Assembly (NCBI GenBank): GCA_054661495.1
Contig: BAAFSQ010000412.1
Span: forward strand, 1 to 7,230
Reading direction: 5' to 3'
Length of the DNA: 7,230 nt
Source of the DNA: Zygophlyctis sp. KS116
Taxonomy: Eukaryota > Fungi > Chytridiomycota
The notes below the pieces were generated by a model, which was given only the letters and a program-made list of their open reading frames with translations, was not told the origin of the DNA and did no database searches. Both the position numbers and the translations under genes were made by a program. This document shows, in pieces, positions 6,395-7,230 of this stretch (position 1 is its first letter; the number at the start of each line of letters is the position of its first letter).

Positions 6395-7230
6395 TCAAAG
6401 ATATAATAAAAACAATGATAAAACACAAAATAATGGCATGGGATTGGAAGGAGCTCCACTATCATCCAATGTCTTATTTCCATTCATTTCTGCGTTATAA
6501 GTTGCTGTAGCACCTAAAGTTGAACTTTCATCTTTTGTCATCGTCTCATGCTTGTTAGAATTGTCAGTTGTCTTCGAGCTTTCAGAACTTGAAGCGGAAT
6601 TATTGCCCTGCGTGGTAGTGGTTCCATTCTTATCAGTAACAATTGCTATTTTTGATCCATCAATTTCTGATGTTTCAGGAGGAAAGTCAATTGATGAGCC
6701 TCTAGGCTGGGTAGGCCATGACTTGACAGGTTTATCTTTATCATCATAGCACTGAATATCAATAGACTTATAGGTGACAGAAAAATTTGTGGCAGATCCC
6801 CAATTAATTGGACCTCCTGCCCAATCTGAGGTTCCTTTATTCGGACTGCTTCCACCATCCCAAATAGAAATTTGAATCCGAGAAGGAGTTGAAGGGAACC
6901 ATCTTTCTCCTTGAGGAGTCTATAATATGAGTTTGTAAAAAATACCATGGGTGAAATAGAATTCTCTCTTAAAATTGTTCTTGCGGGTTTTCCGTCAATG
7001 ATCCAGGTCAGAGAGTCCCTTTTCCAATCGATTGTATACAGATGCGAACCTACTATTCCATCTCCTGGAACTGGAAGGAGTTCATTGTGAATTCCAAACT
7101 CTTCTATTCCCTTGTAAAAGACATTGCTATGAACTTTATCTTTGTGCTGACCAGTGAATTCCCTATTGAGTCAAAATCTAAAGCAAATTACCAATCAATT
7201 TCATCATGCCTTTCAGACATTGTAATGAAA
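6395..7230 (-). CDS. GH16 Crh-like transglycosylase, paralog C, with S/T-rich linker and predicted GPI signal (5' part outside window); exons >7230-7192, 7162-6946, 6919-6395
   Basis: FITMSERHDEIDW|EFTGQHKDKVHSNVFYKG...YTIDWKRDSLTW...SPM|TPQGERWFPSTPSRIQISIWDGGSSPNKGTSDWAGGPINW...DIQCYDD..., ending DDSGAPSNPMPLFCVLSLFLLYL* (TGA at 6397-6395). Introns are 29 nt (7191-7163) and 26 nt (6945-6920). Confidence 0.92.

Noticed and set aside
6194-6749. Track ORFs 6194..6406, 6328..6510 and 6552..6749 (+)
   Set aside because: Antisense shadows of GH16-B and GH16-C with no recognisable motifs.
6646-6948. Track ORF 100 aa (-)
   Set aside because: Starts at an internal Met, runs through intron 6920-6945 and continues in the wrong frame of GH16-C.
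1-7230. Prokaryotic/viral origin or alternative genetic code suggested by operon-like density and broken ORFs
   Set aside because: Eukaryotic uS8, Sec11, Rxt3 and Zn2Cys6 genes with GT-AG introns; all interruptions resolve by splicing under the standard code.

Overview
AT-rich, extremely gene-dense eukaryotic DNA, most likely fungal and probably a zoosporic (chytrid-like) fungus; the taxon is inferred, not confirmed. The ORF track is fragmented by 12 tiny GT-AG introns (23-32 nt) and one 151-nt intron. Splicing by eye gives nine protein genes: an LRRC46-like LRR protein (-, runs off the left edge), an AIG2-like gamma-glutamylcyclotransferase (-), an Rxt3-domain protein (+), a Zn(II)2Cys6 protein whose cluster is absent from the ORF track (+), 40S ribosomal protein uS8/S22 (-), signal peptidase Sec11 (+), and three tandem Crh-like GH16 paralogs (-, the last runs off the right edge). 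The most striking hidden element is a box H/ACA snoRNA inside the single long intron of RPS22. Its two pockets match the rRNA targets of yeast snR44 as I recall them. Intergenic gaps are tiny or negative (31, 14, 44, -4, -7 and 82 nt). The two divergent promoters (131 and 171 nt) carry short repeated motifs. No CRISPR, mobile element, tRNA or rRNA was seen.
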